From an uncultured Verrucomicrobiae bacterium (GTDB lineage: Bacteria > Verrucomicrobiota > Verrucomicrobiia > Limisphaerales > Palsa-1400), in NCBI GenBank assembly GCA_963764165.1, contig CAVXRD010000002.1, forward strand, positions 1,888,001-1,952,000: a DNA stretch of 64,000 nt, read 5' to 3'. Positions 39,643 to 49,445 of this stretch are shown here, piece by piece. The position numbers were made by a program, and so were the translations under genes. The notes under the pieces were generated by a model that was not told where the DNA came from, did no database searches, and saw only the letters and a list, made by a program, of their open reading frames with translations. Each line of letters begins with the position of its first letter. Position 1 is the stretch's first letter.

Positions 39643-41981
39643 AGACCAGCCGATCCCATTCCCCAAGGAGCCAGAGCGGCTGGGCGCTGCTGGTGGTGAT
39701 GTCGCTGGCGGCGGCGGCGCTCCTGCTGGTGGCCAGCGTCATGACGTGGGCCAACGAAAACGCCACCGTGACCGCGCGCAACGCTGAATATTTCACCACA
39801 GCCTACGCGGCGGAATCGGCCACGGAAAAAGTCCTCAGCGCGATGGTGCAGGACGACCAGAATTACGGCGTGGGACTGGTCTACACGAAAACGGCCGCCT
39901 CGTCCTACAATGCGCTTGTGCCAACGACCACGGACAGCCCGTATTGGGCAAATTACCGATTTGGCTCCGGTTCGTCGTCGTCCGGCGGCACCGTGATCGT
40001 CCAATGCGTCAGCACGAATGTGACGAACTATGCCGGGCCGCCTTACTCGGGTTTGCAATATGTGGGCTCGGACTTCGAAATCATCGCCAGCGCCTCGAAC
40101 GCGAGCACGATGTACCATGTTCCCGCGACGGTCGGGCAGGAGGTGGTCTTTGGGCAGATACCCATCTTCCAATTCGCCATCTTTTACAATGATACAATGG
40201 AGATTGGGCCGGGCGCCAACATGGTGATCAACGGCACGGTTCATGGGAACACCAATATTTACGTCGATCCTGGTTCAGGCGTCACGCTGAGTTTTTACAC
40301 CGATGTCTCGGCAACCGGCACATTGAGTCAAACATGGAGTCCATTGAATCCAGCGCCGAACAATCCAGTCGGCACGATCAATTTCGATGGCAATCACGTG
40401 GCCGATGTGAATCCGCTGACGCTTCCGGTGGGAACCAACACGTCTGGCAGCAACACCAGCGGATCGGTTTACGCCATCATCCAAATGCCTCCCGCCGGCG
40501 AGTCGCCAAACTCGACGATTGGCACCAATCGTCTCTATAACCAAGTGGACATGATCATCACTATTTCCAACAACAACGTCATCACCGTCACCAGCGGGGT
40601 GGCGGTCAATGGCGCGGACACCGTCATTTCCAATGGCGATTGGAGCAAGTTCATCAATACCAACGGATCTTTCTACAACATGCGTGATGCGGCGACGGTT
40701 GATCCCATCGATATCGATATCGGCAAATTGACCCAGTGGAGCAACACCAACGCGACGCTGCGGCCGCTCCTCGCGGGCCTGCGCGGAAGCGCCGCGGCCA
40801 ACGTGGAGTCGATTTACGTGGCGGACAACCGCTTTATGAGCAATTCGACGATCACGACGAACACATCTTACACGACGAATACGGCCACGATGACCACCAG
40901 CAACTATCCGACCGCGGGGAGTTATTTGCCCCCGGTTGCGACCAATACGTCAGTGACGACTTCGGCCACGTATCCGACCAGCAACTTTATTCCACCCATC
41001 CTGACTACGAACCTGATCGCCACAACCTCGACCAATTCCCCGGCTGCCGGAACTTACGCGGGCACAATAACGAACAACACCACCAACTATTCCAATGTGT
41101 CCTCACCTCCTTCCCCAGGCCACTACACCGGCAGCATTACGACAAACACGACGCGAACGACCACCTCATCCCTGCCGGCGCCTAACACCTACACAGGGTC
41201 AATTACGACGAATGGCTCGGGCGGCGGCAGAACCTATACCTACAACCTGATCACAGGGTACAGCTATTCCTACACCTCGTATTCATACGCGGCCATCTCC
41301 GGCTACATTTTCAACGGCATCACCGGCTACACATACGCCAGCATCAGCGGAGTTGTTACCAATTACACATATACGACCAACTACGTCCAGTACGCCGAAC
41401 CAGGCATCGTGCTTACAAACGGAGGGCAGCTTCCTGCCAACGGCCTCTCCGTCGTCACACCCGATCCGGCCTACATAGTGGGGAATTGGAATGTGACCAA
41501 TACCAGCGGCCAGGGAATGCTCCAGACGTTTAACGTCTCTGATTCGCTGCCCAGCGCGGTTTACGCCGATGCCGTTACGATTCTTTCCTCGGCTTGGAAC
41601 CCGAATAATTCGACCGCAAGCATCAGTGGCACCACCAACCGGGTCGCTGCGCCGGATACGGTGAATGCGGCGATTTTGACCGGCAACGTGCCGTCGAACG
41701 GATCCCATTACAGCGGGGGGGTCGAGAACTTTGTGCGGTTTCAGGAAAATTGGTCTGGCGTGAATTTTTATTACAATGGGTCCATGGTGGAAATGTTTCC
41801 GAGCCAGATCGCAAATTCCCCATGGCCCGGGACCGGGACGGTTTACAACCCGCCGAACCGAAATTGGTCTTACGACACCAACTTCAACAACCCCTCGCAG
41901 TTGCCGCCGCTTGTGCCGCGCGTGACTTACTTGAACCGCGTCCGGTGGTATTCCCTGACAAACGGCGCGACTGTTTTCTAA
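39639..41981 (+). CDS. Large PilX/GspK-like minor pilin with Thr/Asn/Tyr-rich insertion
   Basis: G|WALLVV (no E5), AYAAESATE, PIFQFAIFY, GTVHGN, YSGGVENFVRFQENW, YNPPNRNWSYD. Confidence 0.82.
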   Translation: MKTSRSHSPRSQSGWALLVVMSLAAAALLLVASVMTWANENATVTARNAEYFTTAYAAESATEKVLSAMVQDDQNYGVGLVYTKTAASSYNALVPTTTDSPYWANYRFGSGSSSSGGTVIVQCVSTNVTNYAGPPYSGLQYVGSDFEIIASASNASTMYHVPATVGQEVVFGQIPIFQFAIFYNDTMEIGPGANMVINGTVHGNTNIYVDPGSGVTLSFYTDVSATGTLSQTWSPLNPAPNNPVGTINFDGNHVADVNPLTLPVGTNTSGSNTSGSVYAIIQMPPAGESPNSTIGTNRLYNQVDMIITISNNNVITVTSGVAVNGADTVISNGDWSKFINTNGSFYNMRDAATVDPIDIDIGKLTQWSNTNATLRPLLAGLRGSAAANVESIYVADNRFMSNSTITTNTSYTTNTATMTTSNYPTAGSYLPPVATNTSVTTSATYPTSNFIPPILTTNLIATTSTNSPAAGTYAGTITNNTTNYSNVSSPPSPGHYTGSITTNTTRTTTSSLPAPNTYTGSITTNGSGGGRTYTYNLITGYSYSYTSYSYAAISGYIFNGITGYTYASISGVVTNYTYTTNYVQYAEPGIVLTNGGQLPANGLSVVTPDPAYIVGNWNVTNTSGQGMLQTFNVSDSLPSAVYADAVTILSSAWNPNNSTASISGTTNRVAAPDTVNAAILTGNVPSNGSHYSGGVENFVRFQENWSGVNFYYNGSMVEMFPSQIANSPWPGTGTVYNPPNRNWSYDTNFNNPSQLPPLVPRVTYLNRVRWYSLTNGATVF

Positions 41982-41990
41982 TTGCTCTTT

Positions 41991-42563
41991 ATGCCGAAAA
42001 TTTTCCCGCTCAGTTTTCTCGTGCTGGCCGCCCTCGTTTCCGCCCAGGCGCAGCCGGCCTTCAAGGCTTATCCTTCCGAGGAAAAAATGATGGAGGGCGG
42101 AACCGCCAGCCTGCTCATCATTGAAACGGACCACGGGCACTTCGCGCTGCGCGTGCCGCGGGAATATGGCGCGCAGGTTCGCGCCATCGACCAGACCATC
42201 ATATTTTCATCCCAAAACGACAGCAGCGTCATCACTCTGAAAATGTCCACCAATTACGCGGGAAAATTGCCCAGGCAGGACGAGCTTCGCGACATCGTGG
42301 TGAAGAAATTTGCCTCCGCCTCCTTCGCGCGCGCTTCGGCCTGCTACACGTCCTGCGGCGCCGGCTCGGTGTTCGAGTTTTTTCAGCCGGCCGCAGGCAG
42401 CACCACCATCCGCATCAAGGATGCTTATCTTCCCTTCGCCGATGGCAGCTTCGAATTTACTCTGAAGTGCGACAGCCGCGATTACGAGAAGTGCCATCTC
42501 AGTTTTGACTGGCTATTAAATTCCTTCCGCTTGCAAGCCGATACTGGTATTACACAACGATGA
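41991..42563 (+). CDS. Secreted hypothetical protein
   Basis: Signal peptide ending AQA; in operon, ATGA overlap with pilM. Confidence 0.75.
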   Translation: MPKIFPLSFLVLAALVSAQAQPAFKAYPSEEKMMEGGTASLLIIETDHGHFALRVPREYGAQVRAIDQTIIFSSQNDSSVITLKMSTNYAGKLPRQDELRDIVVKKFASASFARASACYTSCGAGSVFEFFQPAAGSTTIRIKDAYLPFADGSFEFTLKCDSRDYEKCHLSFDWLLNSFRLQADTGITQR

Positions 42564-43624
42564 CATTTCCGTTCCTAAACGGCAAAAAAAACCGCGACCA
42601 GGTTTTTGCGGTCGATTTGGGGTCGCGCACAACCAAGGCGGTTTTGCTGGAGCGCTCGGATAAGGGCTACAGCCTCACCAAGTATGCCGTCCAGGATGCG
42701 CCCATCTACGACAAGGCAATGCCCCAGGGATTGCTCACCGAGCATCTTCGCGCCACCATGGAGGCCATCCAGCCGAAGACCAAGCAGGTCACCATTTCTG
42801 TCGGCGCGGGCGATTCCGTTCTGCGCAGCACCGAGCTTCCGCTGATGCCCGTCGCGGAAATGCGCCAGATGCTGAAGTTCAATTCCAAGACGCATTTGCA
42901 GCAGGATTTGCGGGATCATGTTTTCGACTGCTTCATTGTGCCCCCCCGCGGGGCGAAGCCGGGCGAACCGACCAAGGCGGGTATTGTCAAATACAAAGTT
43001 TGGGTGGGGGGGGCGCGCCGGGAATTGCTCGCCACCCTGGCCAGTTCCGTCAAGGCCGCCGGCCTGACACCCAGCCACGTCACGCTCAGCCTGCTGGGGC
43101 CGGTCAACGCCCTCGAATTTGTCCAGCCGGACACCTTCAACAAGGAAGTGGTGGCAATTGTGGATCTCGGGTTCAAGTCTTCCGCCATCAGCATTCTTGA
43201 CGACGGCGAGCTGTGCCTGAGCCGCTCGGTGGAATTGGGCGGGGATCGCATCACCACCGGCCTGGCCGAGGCGATGAACATCACTTACGCCGAGGCGGAG
43301 GGCATCAAGGTCGGCATGCCGCAAGAGGTGGAAGGGCATTTGCTGCCATTGCTCACGCCCTTGGGCCGCGAATTGCGCGCCTCGATAGATTTCTTCGAGC
43401 ACCAGCGCGAAAAGACTGTCAATAAAGTTTTGATTTGCGGCGGCGCGGCCCGGTCGGAATTCCTTGTCCAGATGCTGCAAACCGAATTGGCGGTTCAATG
43501 CAAGGCCTGGTTTCCCACCGACGGCCTGAATATCGCGCTGGGCGCGCAGCAGATGACCGAGATCGAACAAGTCTCCAGTGTTCTCGCGGTGGCCATTGGT
43601 TCCGCGGCCATGTCCCTCAGCTAA
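42560..43624 (+). CDS. pilM: Type IV pilus assembly protein PilM
   Basis: Actin-like motifs VDLGSRTTK, VDLG, GGDRIT..LA, EAEGIK, ELRASIDFF, CGGAA. Confidence 0.88.
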   Translation: MTFPFLNGKKNRDQVFAVDLGSRTTKAVLLERSDKGYSLTKYAVQDAPIYDKAMPQGLLTEHLRATMEAIQPKTKQVTISVGAGDSVLRSTELPLMPVAEMRQMLKFNSKTHLQQDLRDHVFDCFIVPPRGAKPGEPTKAGIVKYKVWVGGARRELLATLASSVKAAGLTPSHVTLSLLGPVNALEFVQPDTFNKEVVAIVDLGFKSSAISILDDGELCLSRSVELGGDRITTGLAEAMNITYAEAEGIKVGMPQEVEGHLLPLLTPLGRELRASIDFFEHQREKTVNKVLICGGAARSEFLVQMLQTELAVQCKAWFPTDGLNIALGAQQMTEIEQVSSVLAVAIGSAAMSLS

Positions 43625-43641
43625 CACCCTGTCAGACCCAG

Positions 43642-44529
43642 GTGCAAACCTGCCTCATCTTCAACCCCTCGGCCCGAGGGCAGAAAGCCGAGGCGTTCAA
43701 CGCCAGACTCAGCGCGCTTTTCCCCAGCGCCGCGCTGCGCCACACCAAGGGCCCCTCCGACGCCCGCCGCATTGCCAGCGACGCCGTGCGCGAAGGTTTT
43801 GGAACTGTTGTCGCCGTGGGCGGCGACGGCACCGCCAACGAAGTGGTCAATGGCATTGCCGACGTGCCGGGAGGACTGGCCGCCGTCCGGCTTGGTTTGG
43901 TGCCGCTGGGAACGATCAATGTTTTCGCCCGCGAATTGGGATTGCCGCGGAATCTGCCCGGCGCCGCGAGAATGCTCGCGGCCGGCAACGAGCTGAAAGT
44001 GGATTTGGGGCGGGCGGAATTCTGGTTGAACGGCGCCCCGCAAACCCGGGTGTTTTTGCAATTGGCCGGGGCTGGCCTCGATGCGCGGGCGGTCGAGCTT
44101 GTGAGCTGGGAATTGAAGAAAAAGACCGGCCCCATGGCTTACGTTGTCGCGGGTCTTCATGCTTTGCGCGAGAGCCAGCCCAAGATCGAAGTAACCGGTT
44201 CTGCCCCGGCTTCCGGCGAGTTGGTTCTCCTCGGGAACGGGCGTTTTTACGGAGGAAGTTTCGAACTCTTCCCGGCCGCAAGCCTCCACGACGGCCTTCT
44301 GGACATTTGTGTGCTGCCCGCCGCCAATGTTTGGTCCGCGATGCAGGCCGGAATGGGTCTGGCGACCGGGAGTGTCCACCGATTTTGGAAGTCGCAATGT
44401 TTCCGCTCGCCAACGGTAACGCTGCGGAGCGCGAGCCGCGTCGGCTTGCAATTAGATGGAGAATATGTGGGAGAACTGCCGGTGACGTTTTCGGTGCTGC
44501 CGAACGCGCTGCGGGTGATCGTCCGCTAA
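43642..44529 (+). CDS. Diacylglycerol kinase family lipid kinase (YegS/BmrU)
   Basis: IFNPSA, GGDGTANEV, PLGTINVFAREL, GAGLDA, QLDGE. Confidence 0.93.
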   Translation: MQTCLIFNPSARGQKAEAFNARLSALFPSAALRHTKGPSDARRIASDAVREGFGTVVAVGGDGTANEVVNGIADVPGGLAAVRLGLVPLGTINVFARELGLPRNLPGAARMLAAGNELKVDLGRAEFWLNGAPQTRVFLQLAGAGLDARAVELVSWELKKKTGPMAYVVAGLHALRESQPKIEVTGSAPASGELVLLGNGRFYGGSFELFPAASLHDGLLDICVLPAANVWSAMQAGMGLATGSVHRFWKSQCFRSPTVTLRSASRVGLQLDGEYVGELPVTFSVLPNALRVIVR

Positions 44530-44550
44530 AAAAAGCGGATAAGGCATTGA

Positions 44551-44622
44551 TGAATCAGGAACGACCGAACTCAGGAACAGAGGCTGAGGCCTCTTTTCCT
44601 GCGGTCGGTCGTTCCTGATTCA
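44551..44622. repeat. Palindromic repeat family A, copy 2
   Basis: TGAATCAGGAACGACCGAACTCAGGAACAGAGG...CCTCTTTTCCTGCGGTCGGTCGTTCCTGATTCA. Confidence 0.8.
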
Positions 44623-44761
44623 ATTATGTTTCCCCTCCTCTCGGTATCGCTGAGATCTCTTTTCATGAGTTCGTGAGTCCCAGATTCAATTTCCTTCCCA
44701 ATACCCAAAAGGCTCAAAATTGGTTTTGAGTTTTCCCCCTTTGGCAAGGTAGCCTTCCGCG

Positions 44762-45469
44762 ATGAAACATACTGGGCGAGCTCGGAGCGCCGCGCTGAGA
44801 CTGATTTTGATGTCGCTGGCATTGGTTTGCGTGGCCGGTCTTTTGGCCTTCGGCCTGGGATTGGTGGGTGTCATTGCCAAATTTCTGTCCGGCATCCTCG
44901 TCATTTTATTTGTGGTCCTGGGCGCGATCTGGATTTTGTTTGCGCTGTTCACTCTCTACTTTTTCCGCGACCCGGATCCGGATCCGCCTCGGGAGCCCGG
45001 CGTGGTGCTTTGCCCGGGGCACGGCAAGATTGACGCGATCGAACAAATCGACAATTCGGAATATCCCGGAGGCCGATGCCATCGCATTTCGATATTCCTG
45101 TCGGTCATAGATATTCACGTGCAAAACGCGCCCGTCAGCGGAAAAGTTGTATTGGTGAAGCATACAGCGGGAAGATTCATCAGCGCGCTGGAGGCCGATT
45201 CCGCCGTCCACAACGAAAACGTGCTGATTGGTCTGGAATGCGCGGAAACCATTGGCGAGAAAATCGGCGTGCGCCTCATTGCAGGCGTGCTGGCGCGGCG
45301 CATCATCCCATTCGTCAAGGCGGGCGATGAACTCAATCGCGGCGATCGCATGAGTTTGATTCAATTTGGCTCCCGCTGCGACCTCTACCTGCCACTGTCA
45401 TATAAACTCAAAGTAAAGGTTGGCGACCGCGGCATCGGCGGCAAAACGGTGATGGCGTCCAAAATATAA
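44762..45469 (+). CDS. psd: Phosphatidylserine decarboxylase (short type)
   Basis: YFFRDP, ISIFLS..HVQNAP, AGVLARRI, IQFGSRCD autocleavage site. Confidence 0.93.
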   Translation: MKHTGRARSAALRLILMSLALVCVAGLLAFGLGLVGVIAKFLSGILVILFVVLGAIWILFALFTLYFFRDPDPDPPREPGVVLCPGHGKIDAIEQIDNSEYPGGRCHRISIFLSVIDIHVQNAPVSGKVVLVKHTAGRFISALEADSAVHNENVLIGLECAETIGEKIGVRLIAGVLARRIIPFVKAGDELNRGDRMSLIQFGSRCDLYLPLSYKLKVKVGDRGIGGKTVMASKI

Positions 45470-45471
45470 TT

Positions 45472-46326
45472 ATGGAACCCGCTCCGCCCGAGAACGACGG
45501 CCCGTTCAAGATTCATTTTCTTCCGAATCTGATGACGGCGGGAAATCTTCTCAGCGGTTTTGTTGCGCTGGGTTACATCGTTGAGGCGCCGCTGGGGCCC
45601 GCGGGAAACTGGCAGATCAAAACCGCCCTGCTGTTCATTCTCCTCGCCTGCATTTTCGACGCGCTCGACGGGCGGCTCGCGAGGATGGGAGGCGTGGAAA
45701 GTCCCTTCGGGCGTGAATTCGATTCGTTGGCGGATTTGATTTCCTTCGGCGCCGCGCCAGCCTTCCTTGTGCATCGCGTGGTGTTGCGCGAAGTGTTTGC
45801 CGACAAGCCTGAGCTGGGCTGGTTCATTGCCTCGATTTATTTGATTTGCGGCGCCCTGCGGCTGGCCCGCTTCAATTGTTTGGCCGCGATGTCCGGCGGC
45901 GGGGGCGGGAAGGAGTTCCTCGGATTTCCCATCCCGGCGGCGGCGGGATTGGTGGCATCGTTGACGATGTTTCTGATGTGGGATGAAGACCGCATTGATC
46001 TTTCCAAGGGCTCATGGCGTTATTTGCTGCCGACGGTGCTGATGTTTCTTTCATTCATGATGGTAAGCGAGGTCAAATATCCATCGTTCAAAAATCTGGA
46101 TCTGCGCTCGCGCCGATCGTTTTCCAAGACGGCTATCTTCATAATCCTGCTCGCCGCGCTGTTTATCGGGCGGCGCATTATATTGCCGGTGGTGCTGCCG
46201 ATCATGTTCACCATTTATCTGCTCTACGGTTTCATCCGCCCGCGCATTTCCAGAAAAGTCCGGCACGAAATTGAGGAGGACGAGGAAGACGAAGAAGGAA
46301 AGAACGGCGGCCCGCCCGCCGATTAA
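45472..46326 (+). CDS. pssA: CDP-diacylglycerol--serine O-phosphatidyltransferase
   Basis: DALDGRLAR...G.EFDSLADLISFG, ALRLARFN; adjacent to psd. Confidence 0.93.
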   Translation: MEPAPPENDGPFKIHFLPNLMTAGNLLSGFVALGYIVEAPLGPAGNWQIKTALLFILLACIFDALDGRLARMGGVESPFGREFDSLADLISFGAAPAFLVHRVVLREVFADKPELGWFIASIYLICGALRLARFNCLAAMSGGGGGKEFLGFPIPAAAGLVASLTMFLMWDEDRIDLSKGSWRYLLPTVLMFLSFMMVSEVKYPSFKNLDLRSRRSFSKTAIFIILLAALFIGRRIILPVVLPIMFTIYLLYGFIRPRISRKVRHEIEEDEEDEEGKNGGPPAD

Positions 46327-46327
46327 T

Positions 46328-46993
46328 ATGGAAGGGCATCATCTTCTTCTGGCGTTCATCACCGGATTTGTCAGCGGATTCATCCTGAGCGTCCCGGTTG
46401 GGCCGGTCAATGTGACGATTCTCAACGAAGGCGCAAGGCGCGGCCTGATGTGGGCGGTTCTGATCGGGATCGGCGCCTCGATTATGGAGGTCATTTATTG
46501 CGCGCTGGCGTTCACCGGGTTCGCTTCGCTGTTCACAGGCAAGAAGGTCAAGGCGATCATGGAGTTCGTCAGCTTTGGCTTCATGCTTTATCTGGGCATC
46601 CGCTTTTTGCTGACGAAGGAAGTGCCGTCCTGCGTGGCTGAGGGGGGCAAATTCCAAAAGAAATTGCATCCGCACTCCGCCTTCGCCATCGGATTGGTGC
46701 GCGTCATGTGCAACCCGGGTGTATTCGTCTTTTGGATCTTTTTGGCGATCAAGTTTCGCGCCAGCGATTGGGTCGGCGGAACCTGGGGGGATGTCTGGAT
46801 GTGTGTGGCGGGCGTAGGCGCGGGCACGAGCCTTTGGTTTACAGGATTGAGTTACGCCGTGTCACGCGGATACGGAAAATTCACCCCGAAAACCCTGCTT
46901 CGCATGGAGCATGGCTCCGGCATCGCAATGCTGCTGCTGGCTTTGGGCGAAGGCATCCACATTGTCATACAAATGGTGAAGCACGAATTGTAG
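46328..46993 (+). CDS. LysE family translocator
   Basis: SVPVGPVN, NPG..FW, hydrophobic profile. Confidence 0.85.
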   Translation: MEGHHLLLAFITGFVSGFILSVPVGPVNVTILNEGARRGLMWAVLIGIGASIMEVIYCALAFTGFASLFTGKKVKAIMEFVSFGFMLYLGIRFLLTKEVPSCVAEGGKFQKKLHPHSAFAIGLVRVMCNPGVFVFWIFLAIKFRASDWVGGTWGDVWMCVAGVGAGTSLWFTGLSYAVSRGYGKFTPKTLLRMEHGSGIAMLLLALGEGIHIVIQMVKHEL

Positions 46994-47085
46994 TGGCAAA
47001 GGTAGGGACGCCTCGCCGAGGCGTCCGAGGACTCTCGCGAGTCCGAACGCATTCGAAAAACACTACGGCCTCGGACGCCTCGGCG

Positions 47086-48768
47086 GAGACTGTCTCAAAA
47101 CGTTTTAGTCTGGCCGATCTGGTTATATGGGCACCAATAGGGGCTGTGGAAACGGGTGTCAACTTTTAGTTGTCAGAGCGTGGCTGGCGTCAGCGATGAC
47201 GCCAAGCTTCCCTTTCCCTCCTTTTTTAGGCCGCCATCGCCAAATTTCCTTCAACCGCGGCGGTTTTGACTTCCATTTTCGGCGTCTGGACCCGGGCCTG
47301 CCACTTTTTATAGAGGATTCGCAGGTTCAAGGTGGCGCATAACAAGGCCCATTGGGCTTGCACGGCTTCCAGACCCCAAACTGTCCAACGCCGAAAGCCG
47401 TCGTGTTGCTTGAGCTGCCCAAACCGGCGTTCGATGATCTCTTTGCGCTTTCCATAAAGCGCGGCGGGTCCTGGCTCTTGCAGCCGGGCCCGCATGGCTT
47501 GCACCAGCGTGGTGTGCGGCCACACTTCGACTTGCCGCCCTTTGGGATCGCGGCTGCAGAGGGCGCGCACGGGACAGTCTCGGTGATGGCAGCGGAAGCG
47601 CTCAACGGTCTGGCCTTTCTTGGTGGTCTGGCCTTCGTGGTCCAGAAGGCGCTCTTGCGGGCAGGTGACGGTGTGGGCCGCCTCGTCATAATGAAAATGC
47701 TGCGTCGCGTAGGCGTTGTCGTGGGCTGGCTTGCCCTCCGCCGGCGGGGCCAGCACATTCATCTGCTGTTCCACGGCCGCTTTCAAGTCGGCCCCGCCCC
47801 CATAGCCGGCGTCGGCGGCGGTGAGGGTTGGAATGGCCGCCGGACCGAGGTTTTGCCTCGCTTCTTCAATCATGGGGACCAGCTGGCCGGCGTCGGTTTC
47901 CTGGCGGGTGGCTTGACAGGCGACCATGATGCCCTCCTGGCTGTCGGCCACCGCCTGGGCGTTGTAGGCAAAGCGGTTGGTGTCGCCGACTTTCATCCGG
48001 CGCGCCTCCGGTTCGGCTGGATGGTAATGGTGGCGCCCGTCGGCCTGCAGCTGGGCCAGGCCTTTTTTGATTTCCTCGCGCAGGGCCTGGCGCTGGGCCA
48101 ACCCGGCGGGCAGCCGGCAGCCCGGTGCGCTGGAATCCTGGTTCTCCGCCACGACTTTGAGCTCGATTTCCTCCAAGGCGCCATCCAGCTGGGCCAGGAG
48201 CTTCTCCATGTAAACCTTGCTCCAGCCCTGCGGCCCGCTGCAGGCGGCTTGAATCTTGGTGCCGTCCAACGCTTGCAAGGCAAATCCCACCGCCCCGGTG
48301 CGGAGGGCCAGCTGCACGGTTTGCTTGAAAACCTGGCGCAGGGCCTTTTTGTTTCCGTCCCAGAACCGCCAGAGGCTGTTGTGGTCGGGGGCGTTGAGCC
48401 CCGTCAGCCACAGCAGCGAGACATGCTCCGTGCAGGCGGTTTCCAGCTTGCGGGTGGAGCGAATGCGGTGGAAATAACCGTAAAGCCAAATCTTGAGCAG
48501 GAGGCTGGGGGCATAGGGCGGACGGCCTTCGGCGGCGGCGGGAATGACAAACCCAAGCTGGGGCAGATCCAACTGGTCGACAAATTCGCGCAGGAAGCGG
48601 GCGGGATGGTCGGCGGACACCCAGTCCTCCAGGGCGGGCGGGAGGAGGAACTGCTGTCCGTAATCAGGGGCAATCGGTTGAGCCATATTTGTTGAACGGC
48701 ATTGTCAACTAAAGGCTCACATATTGTCAAATACATTCCTCAAAAAACAGAAGTTTTGAGACAATCTC
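47086..48768 (-). mobile_element. Complete IS1182-family insertion sequence (1683 bp)
   Basis: 16-bp TIRs GAGACTGTCTCAAAAC / GTTTTGAGACAATCTC (1 mismatch); 4-bp TSD GGCG. Confidence 0.95.
47226..48686 (-). CDS. IS1182 family transposase
   Basis: LLPPALEDWV..DHPAR, GRPPYAP, PDHNSL, LDGTKIQA, YNAQ, ADAGY, IERRFGQLK. Confidence 0.95.
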   Translation of the reverse strand: MAQPIAPDYGQQFLLPPALEDWVSADHPARFLREFVDQLDLPQLGFVIPAAAEGRPPYAPSLLLKIWLYGYFHRIRSTRKLETACTEHVSLLWLTGLNAPDHNSLWRFWDGNKKALRQVFKQTVQLALRTGAVGFALQALDGTKIQAACSGPQGWSKVYMEKLLAQLDGALEEIELKVVAENQDSSAPGCRLPAGLAQRQALREEIKKGLAQLQADGRHHYHPAEPEARRMKVGDTNRFAYNAQAVADSQEGIMVACQATRQETDAGQLVPMIEEARQNLGPAAIPTLTAADAGYGGGADLKAAVEQQMNVLAPPAEGKPAHDNAYATQHFHYDEAAHTVTCPQERLLDHEGQTTKKGQTVERFRCHHRDCPVRALCSRDPKGRQVEVWPHTTLVQAMRARLQEPGPAALYGKRKEIIERRFGQLKQHDGFRRWTVWGLEAVQAQWALLCATLNLRILYKKWQARVQTPKMEVKTAAVEGNLAMAA

Positions 48769-48791
48769 GGCGAGGCGTCCCTACCTTTCAG

Positions 48792-49445
48792 TCAGATCCC
48801 CAGAACCCGGTTCAACTCCCCGAAATCGTCAATGACATGTCTAGCCGCCTTCGCCACAGCCGGCGTTTTGGGGCGGAAGGCGATGGGCAATCCCACTTTC
48901 TCGAAGCACGGGATATCGTTCTCGTGGTCGCCCACGTGGCAAATCTCTTGCGGGCGAACCGAGTATTGACTGCAAATTTTCGGCAGCAGCAAATGCTTTT
49001 CCCAGGGAGAAACGGACATGTCAAATGTTCCGCTGAACACGCCGTTCTCCGTGTGCATGATGTTGCAGAAGCAGAAATCCAGCGCCGTTTCCCGCGCCGC
49101 ACGCTTGCCAACGAGATCAAGGCAGCCGGACAGCAATCCGCGCACGAGCCGGCCGCGGCTGGCCTCCAGGAATTCCCGCGCGCCGGGCGAATAGGGAATC
49201 GGAAACAAGACAGGCTCCGCGATATGAAGCGAGCGCCCGCGCAAATCCGCCGCGTCCTCCTCGGCCCATTGGTTGCTTTTGTCGACGGCAAGGTAATATT
49301 TTTTGCAGCGCGCGTCCCAGGTTTCTTTCAATCCATAGGCGAACGCCACGGCGTCCCAGCTTGAATGAAACTCGCTGCCGATTTCCGTGTAGGCGAAGAG
49401 GCAGCCATCGCCATCGATGGTGACAAGTTTGATCGGCTGGCTCAT
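48792..49445 (-). CDS. HAD family hydrolase (phosphoserine-phosphatase-like)
   Basis: DGDGCL motif I, SG, K, GDHEND. Confidence 0.88.
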   Translation of the reverse strand: MSQPIKLVTIDGDGCLFAYTEIGSEFHSSWDAVAFAYGLKETWDARCKKYYLAVDKSNQWAEEDAADLRGRSLHIAEPVLFPIPYSPGAREFLEASRGRLVRGLLSGCLDLVGKRAARETALDFCFCNIMHTENGVFSGTFDMSVSPWEKHLLLPKICSQYSVRPQEICHVGDHENDIPCFEKVGLPIAFRPKTPAVAKAARHVIDDFGELNRVLGI

